NCBI RefSeq assembly: GCF_004125825.1 | Contig: NZ_QQWI01000010.1 | Coordinates: forward strand, 40,364-72,363 | Direction of reading: 5' to 3' | DNA length: 32,000 nucleotides | Source: Fusibacter sp. A1 | Lineage (GTDB): Bacteria; Bacillota; Clostridia; Peptostreptococcales; Acidaminobacteraceae | Part shown: piece by piece, positions 1 to 8,391 of the stretch | Layout: each line of letters opens with the position of its first letter | How positions within the stretch are numbered: position 1 is the first letter of the stretch | The notes under the pieces: generated by a model | Told to the model about the DNA's origin: nothing | Database searches by the model: none | Seen by the model: the letters and a program-made list of their open reading frames with translations, nothing else | Position numbers and translations under genes: made by a program

Positions 1-774
1 GTGGCGATCAACTGCTCGGCTATTCCAGAGGATTTGATGGAATCCGAGTTGTTCGGCTATGAGGAAGGCGCTTTTTCTGGCGCTAAGAAGGGTGGCAAGA
101 TTGGAAAGTTTCAACTAGCGAGCGGTGGAACAATTTTTTTGGATGAAATCGGGGAAATGGCATTGCACCTGCAGTCCAAACTCTTAAGGGTACTGCAGGA
201 ACGTCAAGTCAACAAGATCGGTGGACTTGAGTCTACAGAAGTCGATGTGCGTATTCTTGCGGCGACCAACAAGCGACTTGAGGATCTTGTCAAGCAAGGC
301 CGATTCAGAGAGGATCTGTACTATAGGCTCAAGGTCATTCCGATCACCAGCCCTCCGCTTAGGGAACGAAAAGACGACATCAGACTTTTGGTGGATTATT
401 TTATCAGTTACTATGCAAGCCGCATTGGTAAAGACATCAATGGAATCAGCGATAATGCGATGGGTATCTTGATGGAACATCCTTGGAAAGGCAATGTGAG
501 AGAGCTTAGAAATGTGATCGAGTTTTCAATCAACATGAGCACAGGCGATATGATCACCCAAACGTCCCTGCCCTTTGATCTGGTTCATCCAACCCAGGAG
601 TACGATGAGGATCTGAATATCGAGGTAGTCACTCAGCGTTTGATTGAAAAAGCGCTTATAAAATATGGAGATAGCACGATTGCCAAGGAAATGGCTGCGA
701 AATCGCTTGGAATTTCGGTGGCGACCCTTTATAGAAAAATGAAAGAGTTGGATTTGAAAAATAGCATCGGTTGA
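1..774 (+). CDS. sigma-54-dependent transcriptional activator (enhancer-binding protein), C-terminal part; 5' end lies outside the window
   Basis: ORF is open from the window edge. AAA+ sigma-54-interaction motifs are [15 protein letters not shown] (GAFTGA-loop variant), [12 protein letters not shown] (Walker B) and [11 protein letters not shown]-terminal Fis-type HTH ([15 protein letters not shown]). Confidence 0.9.
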   Translation: MAINCSAIPEDLMESELFGYEEGAFSGAKKGGKIGKFQLASGGTIFLDEIGEMALHLQSKLLRVLQERQVNKIGGLESTEVDVRILAATNKRLEDLVKQGRFREDLYYRLKVIPITSPPLRERKDDIRLLVDYFISYYASRIGKDINGISDNAMGILMEHPWKGNVRELRNVIEFSINMSTGDMITQTSLPFDLVHPTQEYDEDLNIEVVTQRLIEKALIKYGDSTIAKEMAAKSLGISVATLYRKMKELDLKNSIG

Positions 775-777
775 GCG

Positions 778-806
778 AAAGTCGTGAGAAAATCACGACT
801 TTTTTT
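778..806 (+). terminator. rho-independent terminator after the activator gene
   Basis: Stem GTCGTGA / TCACGAC with loop GAAAA, followed by a 7-nt T run. Confidence 0.8.
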
Positions 807-822
807 ATGGTAAAGGTTTTAT

Positions 823-831
823 TGATATAAT
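823..831 (+). promoter_or_regulatory. extended -10 promoter element (TGaTATAAT) for the 897-1889 gene
   Basis: TGATATAAT at 823-831, about 65 nt upstream of ATG 897 and directly after the terminator. The -35 region is weak. Confidence 0.45.
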
Positions 832-896
832 AGAATTAAAGTGTCGTATCATGTGAGTTGCTTTTTACGAATTGTCAGAGAGAAGTGGAGGTGCCT

Positions 897-1889
897 ATGC
901 CACTCACGATAGAGCAAAAAAAAATTTTAATGCTTCGCCGGAGAATCTTCTCTAGACCTTCAAAAACGATTCAAGCGCTAAAGGATAAATTTTCTAGTCC
1001 GCTTATGAACGTTATTCAAGAAGGGGACAGCTTTTTCTTGGCAAGAATAGAGCATTTCAGTGAGCAAAGCGCGGCTTGCATCTGTGGTCGCTCGGTCAAA
1101 CACCTCTATATCATCAGGCACGTGGATAAAGAGCTGGAGCTGGGGCTCGGTAGCGAATGCGTGAAACACTTTTTTGAAAGTGCTTCGGCTGACAAACTGG
1201 AAGAGGATCTGAAGAAATTCGACGAATTCTGCCACCAGGTGGAAGAAGCGCTAGATAAGGGAGTGCTGGAAGAACAGCTTCTACTGCTTGATGTGTATAA
1301 AAATAAGAAAAACGGATTTTTGAAAAATGAAATCGAAAGACTCAACTACGGACTGCCGCTTACTGAACCCGAATACCGGCGCCTCGTGGAGCGAATCAAC
1401 CGTGACACGGTAGCCATTGAAAGGACGCTTGACACACTAATCAAACCTTATGAGTCCTTTGCCACTCTCGAAGACAGGCAGTATATCCTTGGAGTGTTGG
1501 AAGACGGTTATCAGATCCGTACGGCTGAGGATTTAAAAGACTTTTCACTCGGCGATCTGGCAGCTAGCATCAGGCCTTATATGAAGCAAAGGACAAGGGA
1601 ATCCTTTGATCAGAAAACAATCTGCCAAATAGAAGCTTCTGTGGTTGAAAAAGAAGTGGATTACCTGTTGGTTGCCGATGTGATTACGGGTATACAGGTC
1701 ATTAAAGAACAGGTTGACCGCTTAAGTGCTACAGCGAAAGTTGAGTTCGACAACTTGATAAAAGACCTAGAGGACTTAAAGGAACTCGACAGCAAGCTTT
1801 ATCTTGAGATGCTTGTTCACAAAGAAACCAGAGTGGTGTTGCAGGCGGATCTGAATCAGCTAAAGATTAAGATGAACCTGTACAAGTGA
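897..1889 (+). CDS. hypothetical protein (330 aa) with an N-terminal Cys/His cluster and a long acidic helical C-terminal region
   Basis: GGAGG at 886-890 is followed by ATG 897 (the track ORF starts upstream at TTG 858). Segment AACICGRSVKHLYIIRHVDKELELGLGSECVKHF contains a CxC...C..H arrangement. No family recognised. Confidence 0.75.
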   Translation: MPLTIEQKKILMLRRRIFSRPSKTIQALKDKFSSPLMNVIQEGDSFFLARIEHFSEQSAACICGRSVKHLYIIRHVDKELELGLGSECVKHFFESASADKLEEDLKKFDEFCHQVEEALDKGVLEEQLLLLDVYKNKKNGFLKNEIERLNYGLPLTEPEYRRLVERINRDTVAIERTLDTLIKPYESFATLEDRQYILGVLEDGYQIRTAEDLKDFSLGDLAASIRPYMKQRTRESFDQKTICQIEASVVEKEVDYLLVADVITGIQVIKEQVDRLSATAKVEFDNLIKDLEDLKELDSKLYLEMLVHKETRVVLQADLNQLKIKMNLYK

Positions 1890-1926
1890 AGGGGTGGATT
1901 ACAGTTTTCCTTGTCGTTGAAAATCA

Positions 1927-1935
1927 TGCTATAAT
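1927..1935 (+). promoter_or_regulatory. extended -10 promoter element (TGcTATAAT) for the GGDEF gene
   Basis: TGCTATAAT at 1927-1935, about 60 nt upstream of ATG 1998. No good -35. Confidence 0.4.
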
Positions 1936-1997
1936 GGGTTGTTGTTTCGATTGTTAGAAGGAATACTCATAGTGCCTATTGGAAAAGGAGCAGATAG

Positions 1998-3131
1998 ATG
2001 GATCATACGCAGCAATTCATCTACTTATATAACCTCATCATACAAATGTTTATTTTGGCGTATGTCATGGTGATGGTCGAGAAGAAGAAGACAACCACCA
2101 AAGTATATATGCTGATGGTACTTAGCATTATTGTTTTGACAGTCCTAGAGGCCACTTCATGGCTGGTGCTGGATAAGCCGGGACAAGTATTCAAAACACT
2201 GAGTGTGACTGTGATAACACTGGTCTATAGCTTGAATGCATTACCGATGATTTTGGGATTTACTTTTTTTGACTACCACGTAGTGGGTAGTGACAAGGTG
2301 GTCAAGAGGCGTCGATTCCTCTATATGGTCATATGGACGATGCTGATATGCTTGAACGTATCCAATCTCTGGAGTCATTTTGTTTTTACGGTGGACGAGT
2401 TCAATGTCTATTCAAGAGGCTTTGGTATGTATCTCAATGTAGGAATTCAGTATGCGGTGTTACTGACCTATGTTTCCGGGACTGTCAAATACCTAAGGTC
2501 TGTGTCGGGGAGAATCATCAGGATGTTTTTGATGTTCACCTTCTTTCCGATGCTTGGAAGCCTGATTCAGGTTCTTTACTATGGGGTTCCTGGAATCTGG
2601 CCGATGTATGGCCTTTTGATGCTCTTTATCTTCATCTTCATGATCAGGGAGGATATGAGAAACGATTCGCTGACGCTGCTTTACTCGCGTGGACAGTTCG
2701 ATGAGAGACTGCATTCAAAACTCAGACACGACAAGCCGTTTACGATAGCGCTTATCGATTTGGACGAGTTCAAGGCGGTAAACGATAGTTTCGGGCATAA
2801 TGAAGGAGACGAGCTGTTAAGAACCTTTGCGCGGTTGCTTGAAGATTCGGTTCGCAAGGTTGACATGGTTTCTAGGGTCGGCGGAGATGAATTTACTTTG
2901 ATTATCGAATCTGAAAGTAGTGCCGTGGGTGTACAAGTTCTAGAGCGGATTGCAAATAATGTAAAGGAATTCAACGAGACGAGCACAAAATCCTACAAGC
3001 TTGAGTACAGTCTAGGATTTCAATTTGTGGAACGGCCAAAAGACGAGAATCTGCTGGAACTCATCGGCGTCATAGATGAGCGGATGTATGAGCAGAAGAA
3101 TAGGCACCATGCATGTAAAGAACACAAATAG
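1998..3131 (+). CDS. membrane-anchored diguanylate cyclase (multi-TM N-terminal domain + GGDEF)
   Basis: AAGGAG RBS precedes ATG 1998. The N-terminal ~210 aa are hydrophobic with several TM helices. The C-terminal GGDEF domain shows LIDLDEFKAVNDSFGH and SRVGGDEFTLI, with an RxxD I-site-like RKVD five residues upstream of GGDEF. Confidence 0.9.
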   Translation: MDHTQQFIYLYNLIIQMFILAYVMVMVEKKKTTTKVYMLMVLSIIVLTVLEATSWLVLDKPGQVFKTLSVTVITLVYSLNALPMILGFTFFDYHVVGSDKVVKRRRFLYMVIWTMLICLNVSNLWSHFVFTVDEFNVYSRGFGMYLNVGIQYAVLLTYVSGTVKYLRSVSGRIIRMFLMFTFFPMLGSLIQVLYYGVPGIWPMYGLLMLFIFIFMIREDMRNDSLTLLYSRGQFDERLHSKLRHDKPFTIALIDLDEFKAVNDSFGHNEGDELLRTFARLLEDSVRKVDMVSRVGGDEFTLIIESESSAVGVQVLERIANNVKEFNETSTKSYKLEYSLGFQFVERPKDENLLELIGVIDERMYEQKNRHHACKEHK

Positions 3132-3153
3132 GGCATTTGGATTTATATATAAT

Positions 3154-3196
3154 AAGCAGGCAGAAAATCAGTGATTGATATTTTGCCTGCTTTTTT
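3154..3196. terminator. rho-independent terminator between convergent genes (GGDEF gene and XRE gene)
   Basis: Stem AAGCAGGC / GCCTGCTT followed by TTTTTT on the + strand. On the - strand it is followed by A/T-rich sequence. Confidence 0.75.
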
Positions 3197-3236
3197 AGTG
3201 TGCAAAGAGTCATGTATGGAGTTTTGAGAACATAGG

Positions 3237-3698
3237 TCATTCATGATCAAAATCGTTATGATGGTCATCGTTTTCAGGTAGCACTGATGCGTCTTTGTAA
3301 AACGCGTTAAAGCCTACATGGGCAAGTGCGACGCTGAGAAAGATAATGAAATAGTAATGCCATAGAGAAAAAATGAATCCTAACAACAGATAGATCATAA
3401 TGGAAGCCACGGCTACAAAGGTAACGAAATTACGCCTTTTCTTGATCAGAAGTGGAAGATCGACCGACTCGATCCTATCACTTGCTTTACTATGAGAGTA
3501 GTCTCGTCCCACCAGCTCATCGATGGATATGTTGAATACGTCTGCAAGTAAAGAAAGGTTATGAATATCAGGTAGCGCTTCATCACGTTCCCATTTTGAT
3601 ACAGCCTGTCTGGAAACACCCAGTTTATCCGCAAGGGCTTCTTGGGAGTAACCTCTGCTTTTTCTCAGTTCAATCAGTTGAGTGCTTAGTTTGATCAT
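3237..3698 (-). CDS. XRE-family helix-turn-helix regulator with C-terminal transmembrane segments
   Basis: N-terminus LRKSRGYSQEALADKLGVSRQAVSKWERDEALPDIHNLSLLADVFNISIDELV is a classic HTH_3/XRE motif. The C-terminal half is hydrophobic (FVTFVAVASIMIYLLLGFIFSLWHYYFIIFLSVALAHVGF). AGAGGTGA RBS. Confidence 0.85.
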   Translation of the reverse strand: MIKLSTQLIELRKSRGYSQEALADKLGVSRQAVSKWERDEALPDIHNLSLLADVFNISIDELVGRDYSHSKASDRIESVDLPLLIKKRRNFVTFVAVASIMIYLLLGFIFSLWHYYFIIFLSVALAHVGFNAFYKDASVLPENDDHHNDFDHE

Positions 3699-3882
3699 AC
3701 TATATCACCTCTTTACCTAATTATCGCAAATTTACCGGTTGCATACCACCATTTTCGACTTGAACTTTGTCAACTGATAGTTGCATCCTAAATAGAGTAA
3801 TCCGTAGACTTCACATGCGTAAAAATAAATTTGGTGGTACACTAATATTAAAAGTTGTATTGCAAATGACTGGGAGGGAACT

Positions 3883-4446
3883 ATGCTGACAAGTAAAGAA
3901 CTGACTTCTGATACATGGCATGATTTTGAAAAGCTTTTTGGAAAACATAAGGGTGTGCATGGTGGCTGCTGGTGCATGTGGCACAGACTAAGGTCTGTCG
4001 AGTTCAATAAGTTGAGCAAGGAAGAAAGGCGGATGGCGTATCACGATGAAACCATGGCGGGAAACGGTTGCGGCATTATCGTTTATGACGGGAGTGAACC
4101 AGTTGCCTGGTGCCAATTCGGTAAGCCGAGTTGTCTCAAATCCTATGACTTTGGAAGAGTCTATCCGAAACTTGACCTGCCTTCACATTTGAAACCGGAT
4201 TGGCGCATTTCGTGCATTTTTGTAGACAAGGATAGAAGACACGAACAGTTGGCTTCCTATGCGCTGAATGCTGCGATTGAGGTTATCAGAAAAAAGGGCG
4301 ACGGAGTCGTAGAGGCTTTTCCCCTAAAATCGGCAGCCTCTGGCCGTCCTCAGTATACAGGATCAAAAGAGATGTTTGAAAAGCACGGGTTTGAAGACGT
4401 GATGAGCCTTACTGCAAATACGGATTATATGCGTGCGATTATTTAG
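3883..4446 (+). CDS. GNAT-family N-acetyltransferase-like protein
   Basis: GGGAGG RBS. Signature GGCWCMWHR near the N-terminus and an acetyltransferase-like core (ISCIFVDKDRRHEQLASYALNAAIEVIRKKG), as in a widespread GNAT subfamily. Recognised from memory only. Confidence 0.7.
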   Translation: MLTSKELTSDTWHDFEKLFGKHKGVHGGCWCMWHRLRSVEFNKLSKEERRMAYHDETMAGNGCGIIVYDGSEPVAWCQFGKPSCLKSYDFGRVYPKLDLPSHLKPDWRISCIFVDKDRRHEQLASYALNAAIEVIRKKGDGVVEAFPLKSAASGRPQYTGSKEMFEKHGFEDVMSLTANTDYMRAII

Positions 4447-4607
4447 TGGATATGCATGGAAATGATGAAACCTTAAATTTATCTTAAAAACCACGAAGTT
4501 TTGAGAAGTTGATGTATAATGGTTAATGTTTTAACAGAAGTGTTTTTACTAATTGTGGAACAGGTGAGCAATTGCCTAATAAATGCATAGGTAACAGGAG
4601 GACAAGT

Positions 4608-6071
4608 ATGAAACGTCATTTTAAAGTAAGACATGTGTTCAGTTTTGTTTTGATCTTGGCACTGGTTATGGCCGGTGTAGCTTGTCAAAAACAACTGAGT
4701 GCGAAAGAAACCGTAGAGAGACTATATGAAGAAAGTTTGAACCTTGATGCCTATTCGGCGAAGTTCGAAGGTGATATGAGCATGGAGTTCATCGGTGAAA
4801 CGGATCCGATGATCGAACAGTACCTCGGTATGTTCAAGAACATTAAAATGAGCGGTGATATGCAGTATAAGGACACTGATAGAATTGGTGACTATGCGAT
4901 GAATTACACGCTGGATATGAACGGCATGTCTATGGCGATTGAATTCTATTTTGATGGAAGCCGTATGATTGTCAACTATCCGCTACTGCCCAATTATATC
5001 GTCATCGACCTGCCTGAGCTGTTAGGTATGCTCAATGAAGAGCAAGAAGCTCCTGTAGAACTGGATTACGAGAGTATTGTTCAAGATCTCGAAGCGCTGA
5101 CGAGTGAGTTTATGCCTAAACTGAGTGGCGAGATAATCAAGCTGATTGATGAAAACTCCCTAGAACTCTTGGATGAGTACACCTTTACTGTCGATGGTGA
5201 GAGTGTGACAAGCAAAGCGGTTAAAGTAAATCTGGATACTGACTTGATGATAGGGATGATGAACTCCTTATTTGAGCAAGCAAAAAACAGTGAAGTCGTC
5301 TATCAAATCGTAAAAAAATACGATATCGACGATGAAGTAGGAAGCTTTGAAGACTACCAGGCGGGCTTTGATGGTTTAAAGGCAAGCTTTGAAGAAGAAA
5401 TGAACTTGAGTGAGTTCGAAGAGATGATGAAGAACATCTCGTATACCTATATTCTTGGATATGATAAAAATTATCGTGTGAACCATATGGCCCTTGATTT
5501 AACGATGAAGATTGACGATGAATCCATCGGCACGGAAATTGAGATGACGATGGGTGCCGTCTATGCGATGAACTACGATGCAAAAGAAATTGAGTTCCCC
5601 GAACTTACCGATGAAAACAGCATGTCGATCATGGAGTTGTTTCCTGACTTATCAGGCTATGGTTCCTATGAGGATGGCGGGGATTATGAGGACTATGTTC
5701 CTGTGAACTATTTCATTGAAGAACAGGTGCTCATGCTTGATGACATTGCTCAGGATCTGACTTTACTGACTGAAACGACTGAGATAGAGGAAGTGTTCGA
5801 AAGTTATGTTTATGATTCTTATTTTGAAGTGATGAATCTGTATTATGCGACTAGTGAAGGGGAGATGATTCTGTATCCGAATCAGGAACTTCCTGACAAT
5901 TACGATCCGAGGGAAAGACCTTGGTATACTGAAGCCCTTTTACAGGGAACCATGATAGGTGAACTCTACGAAGATGCTGCCTCAGGAAGATTTGTACAAT
6001 CGATTTCTAAGACGATCGTCTTAGATGGTGAGGTCATCGGTGTAGTCGGAATCGATATTTTTGTGGACTGA
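4608..6071 (+). CDS. lipoprotein; acidic N-terminal domain of unknown function plus a C-terminal Cache-like (single lobe) segment
   Basis: AGGAGG at 4596-4601 precedes ATG 4608. Signal peptide and lipobox are in MKRHFKVRHVFSFVLILALVMAGVAC. The C-terminus YDPRERPWYTEALLQG...SISKTIVLDGEVIGVVGIDIFVD matches the first lobe of Cache sensor domains. The ORF then stops. Confidence 0.8.
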   Translation: MKRHFKVRHVFSFVLILALVMAGVACQKQLSAKETVERLYEESLNLDAYSAKFEGDMSMEFIGETDPMIEQYLGMFKNIKMSGDMQYKDTDRIGDYAMNYTLDMNGMSMAIEFYFDGSRMIVNYPLLPNYIVIDLPELLGMLNEEQEAPVELDYESIVQDLEALTSEFMPKLSGEIIKLIDENSLELLDEYTFTVDGESVTSKAVKVNLDTDLMIGMMNSLFEQAKNSEVVYQIVKKYDIDDEVGSFEDYQAGFDGLKASFEEEMNLSEFEEMMKNISYTYILGYDKNYRVNHMALDLTMKIDDESIGTEIEMTMGAVYAMNYDAKEIEFPELTDENSMSIMELFPDLSGYGSYEDGGDYEDYVPVNYFIEEQVLMLDDIAQDLTLLTETTEIEEVFESYVYDSYFEVMNLYYATSEGEMILYPNQELPDNYDPRERPWYTEALLQGTMIGELYEDAASGRFVQSISKTIVLDGEVIGVVGIDIFVD

Positions 6072-6114
6072 TATAATAATCTAAAACCGGTGTCTAGGAC
6101 ATAGAACGATTAAG

Positions 6115-6145
6115 GCGCAGTTGTTTTGACAACTGCGCTTTTCTT
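6115..6145 (+). terminator. rho-independent terminator
   Basis: Stem GCGCAGTTG / CAACTGCGC with a 6-nt loop, followed by TTTTCTT. Confidence 0.8.
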
Positions 6146-6250
6146 ATCTTGATTTTGAGTGGATATTTTGGGTATCATTCAATAGGATCCAGAGTGGATG
6201 ATCACAAAGTCTATGCTCTAAAAGGGTATTACTGTTCGGGAGGTACTAAG

Positions 6251-7117
6251 GTGAAAAAAATCACCCTAATTATTATGATGGTATTGCTGTTAGCAGGTTG
6301 CAGCCCCAAAATCGTGACGACTGACGATGCGATAAAAGATGCAACCATCGACAAAACTGAATATGCGACCGACGATGTTCAGATGGGTGGCAAGATCCCT
6401 TATGATGAGAGGGTCATTCTGATAGGGTGCCACGGGAATAAGCTTCCGTATTACGGACTGGAAGGTGATGAACTTGTCGGACCTGGAATTGAGTTTACAA
6501 AACTGATTTTTGATGAGCTGGGATATGACTACGAGTTTGTGGTAATGCCGTGGTCCAGGCTTTTGTCTTCAATGGAAAATGGCGAAATCGACGTTCTACT
6601 GGATACGATTTTGACAGAAGATAGGCAAAATTATCTGGATTATTCGGAGTTTCCTTATTTGATACAAATCGACAAGTTCTATGCACTCAAGACTTCAGAC
6701 ATCCCATATGACGGATCGTTTGGATCCATAAAGGGATATAAGGTCGGTGTTGTGCATGATTTTTCTTACGGCAAGTTAATTGATGATGCGATGGATGATG
6801 GTGAGTTCAATTTTGAAGAAACGAGCAATTATGAAGATAATATCGATAAGCTGAGAAACGGAAGGGTGGATCTGATCATCACCAACACGTTAGCTGCCGG
6901 CGGTTATATCACTGATGATGAGATTGTTTCTCTTGAGCCGTACATTTCCATGAACTATTCCTTCGTTACTTTTTCAAAAGCCAATGAGCTTGCTCGGTTG
7001 AGGGATGAATACGACAAGGTGTATGAGGCGCTCGTTCGTAGCGGTACGATCGCAGAAATGCTTGAGGTATACAACTTAAGTGAAATAGGGGACTCCATCG
7101 AGGAGTATGTAAGGTGA
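6251..7117 (+). CDS. solute-binding protein family 3 (amino-acid-binding type) lipoprotein with no adjacent transporter genes
   Basis: GGGAGGT RBS precedes GTG 6251. Lipobox is in VKKITLIIMMVLLLAGCS. SBP_bac_3-like core (PWSRLLSSMENGEIDVLLDTILTEDRQNYLDYSEFPY ... RNGRVDLIITN). Confidence 0.85.
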   Translation: MKKITLIIMMVLLLAGCSPKIVTTDDAIKDATIDKTEYATDDVQMGGKIPYDERVILIGCHGNKLPYYGLEGDELVGPGIEFTKLIFDELGYDYEFVVMPWSRLLSSMENGEIDVLLDTILTEDRQNYLDYSEFPYLIQIDKFYALKTSDIPYDGSFGSIKGYKVGVVHDFSYGKLIDDAMDDGEFNFEETSNYEDNIDKLRNGRVDLIITNTLAAGGYITDDEIVSLEPYISMNYSFVTFSKANELARLRDEYDKVYEALVRSGTIAEMLEVYNLSEIGDSIEEYVR

Positions 7118-7119
7118 AA

Positions 7120-7150
7120 AGCGGCTGGAACTCTCAGTTGCTTTTTTTTT
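7120..7150 (+). terminator. rho-independent terminator (stem contains G-U pairs)
   Basis: AGCGGCUGG / UCAGUUGCU pairs with three G-U wobbles around a 5-nt loop, followed by an 8-nt T run. It starts 3 nt after the stop codon. Confidence 0.7.
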
Positions 7151-7236
7151 GTAAAAACAATCGTCGATTTGGGAACTTTTTAAAATTTGGAGCGTCCAAT
7201 CACTATAAACAAAACAGAGATTTATGGAGGATTCAA

Positions 7237-8334
7237 ATGAAAAGAATAATTGCTTTAGTGATGATAGTGTTAATGATGACATCTGGTCTGTCGACCTTTG
7301 CGGATTCGAATGATACTTTGGGCATCATGCCTGTATTGATTTCAGAACCGGGTACCCAGGAACCTGTGCCTACACTTTACCAAGGGGAAAATGCTGTGAG
7401 ATTCGATGTTATTCAAGATGGAGATAAGTTTACCATCATCCTTGACGAGAATAGCTCAACAGGCTATTCCTGGATCTATGAAATAAAGGACGAGCAACAT
7501 TTGAGCTTTATCACAGATATTCAAACGGCGTCAGAAACTCAATTGGTCGGTGCTCCAGGAAAACATGAGTTTACTTTTACAGTGAACGGGGAAGGCGTTT
7601 CAACGATCACATTCTCTTACAAAAGAGCCTGGGAAGAAGTAAGCATCGATACGTTGAATATTCTTGTCTACAAAAATGGCGACAAGCTCTTTGTTGAAGA
7701 AGACAAACCAGTCTATGCGATGGATGATGTTAAGCCTGTACTTTATACGACAAGTTCAGTGTACTACAATGATACACAAATCATTTCGGATGTACCCGTA
7801 CAACTCATTGATGGGATCATGATGATTCCGCTTAGAAGCACACTTGAAGAAATGGGTTATGAGGTCAAGTGGAACGGCGAAACGAGCTCAGTGGAAATCT
7901 TAAAGGGTGCCCAGTGGACGTCTATCAAAATCGGTGTGAACGCCTATTTCAAAAATAGGATGGCGCAGTCGCCTCTTAGTGCCGCTCCAGTCATCGTAGA
8001 TGGAAGAACACTTGTGCCAGCGGAGTTCTTCAATGTTATCTTGAGCAAGGGTCTAATCATTGAAGAAGGAAACTTGAAGCTTAATGACCGTGAAATGGCG
8101 CTTCATTCAGGTTACGTTAAAGAAATCAAGTATGATGAGACAGGAATGATGAGCATTACACTAACAAGTGACATGGATTCAGATGATATCATGCTTCAGA
8201 CCATTATCCATACGTCACCTGCTTATACGTTTATGAATAAAAAAGTGGTTGAAGGGGAGTTCATTCATGTGATCAGTCCGATGATGATGACAATGAGCAT
8301 ACCGGGACAGACAAGTGGATATATCATTTACTAA
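7237..8334 (+). CDS. secreted multidomain protein: chagasin-family (I42) peptidase-inhibitor domain + copper-amine-oxidase-N-terminal-like domain + small C-terminal beta domain
   Basis: GGAGG at 7226-7230 precedes ATG 7237. Signal peptide is MKRIIALVMIVLMMTSGLSTFA. Chagasin/ICP motifs are ENSSTGYSWIY and FSYKRAWEE (NPTTGY.W and RPW equivalents). A CuAO-N-like repeat follows (IDGIMMIPLRSTLEEMGYEVKWNG ... VDGRTLVPAEFF). Confidence 0.85.
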   Translation: MKRIIALVMIVLMMTSGLSTFADSNDTLGIMPVLISEPGTQEPVPTLYQGENAVRFDVIQDGDKFTIILDENSSTGYSWIYEIKDEQHLSFITDIQTASETQLVGAPGKHEFTFTVNGEGVSTITFSYKRAWEEVSIDTLNILVYKNGDKLFVEEDKPVYAMDDVKPVLYTTSSVYYNDTQIISDVPVQLIDGIMMIPLRSTLEEMGYEVKWNGETSSVEILKGAQWTSIKIGVNAYFKNRMAQSPLSAAPVIVDGRTLVPAEFFNVILSKGLIIEEGNLKLNDREMALHSGYVKEIKYDETGMMSITLTSDMDSDDIMLQTIIHTSPAYTFMNKKVVEGEFIHVISPMMMTMSIPGQTSGYIIY

Positions 8335-8342
8335 TAAACAAG

Positions 8343-8377
8343 AAAACGGCTACTGCGAAATAACAGTAGCCGTTTTT
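8343..8377. terminator. bidirectional rho-independent terminator between convergent genes
   Basis: AAAACGGCTACTG ... CAGTAGCCGTTTTT: perfect stem flanked by an A run and a T run. Confidence 0.85.
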
Positions 8378-8391
8378 ATTATGTTTTCGAA

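Noticed and set aside
775-896. Search for a sigma-54 (-24 TGGCAC / -12 TTGC) promoter downstream of the sigma-54 activator and in the other intergenic regions
   Set aside because: I found no GG-N10-GC element with acceptable flanks in any intergenic region. TGGCA strings at about 3916 and 10229 are inside CDSs with wrong spacing. The activator's target is presumably upstream of the window.
3237-4446. XRE regulator plus GNAT acetyltransferase as a GNAT-type toxin-antitoxin pair
   Set aside because: Known GNAT toxin systems (TacT, AtaT, KacT types) are co-directional and overlapping, and have a small RHH/DUF1778 antitoxin. Here the genes are divergent and 184 bp apart. The XRE protein is membrane-anchored, and the GNAT belongs to a different (GGCWCMW-motif) subfamily.
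7114-7236. Track ORF start at 7114 would make the chagasin-like gene overlap the SBP gene stop, which could suggest a fused or coupled pair
   Set aside because: The region 7120-7150 forms a terminator hairpin with a T run. The encoded upstream peptide is low-complexity. A GGAGG RBS and a canonical signal peptide begin at ATG 7237.
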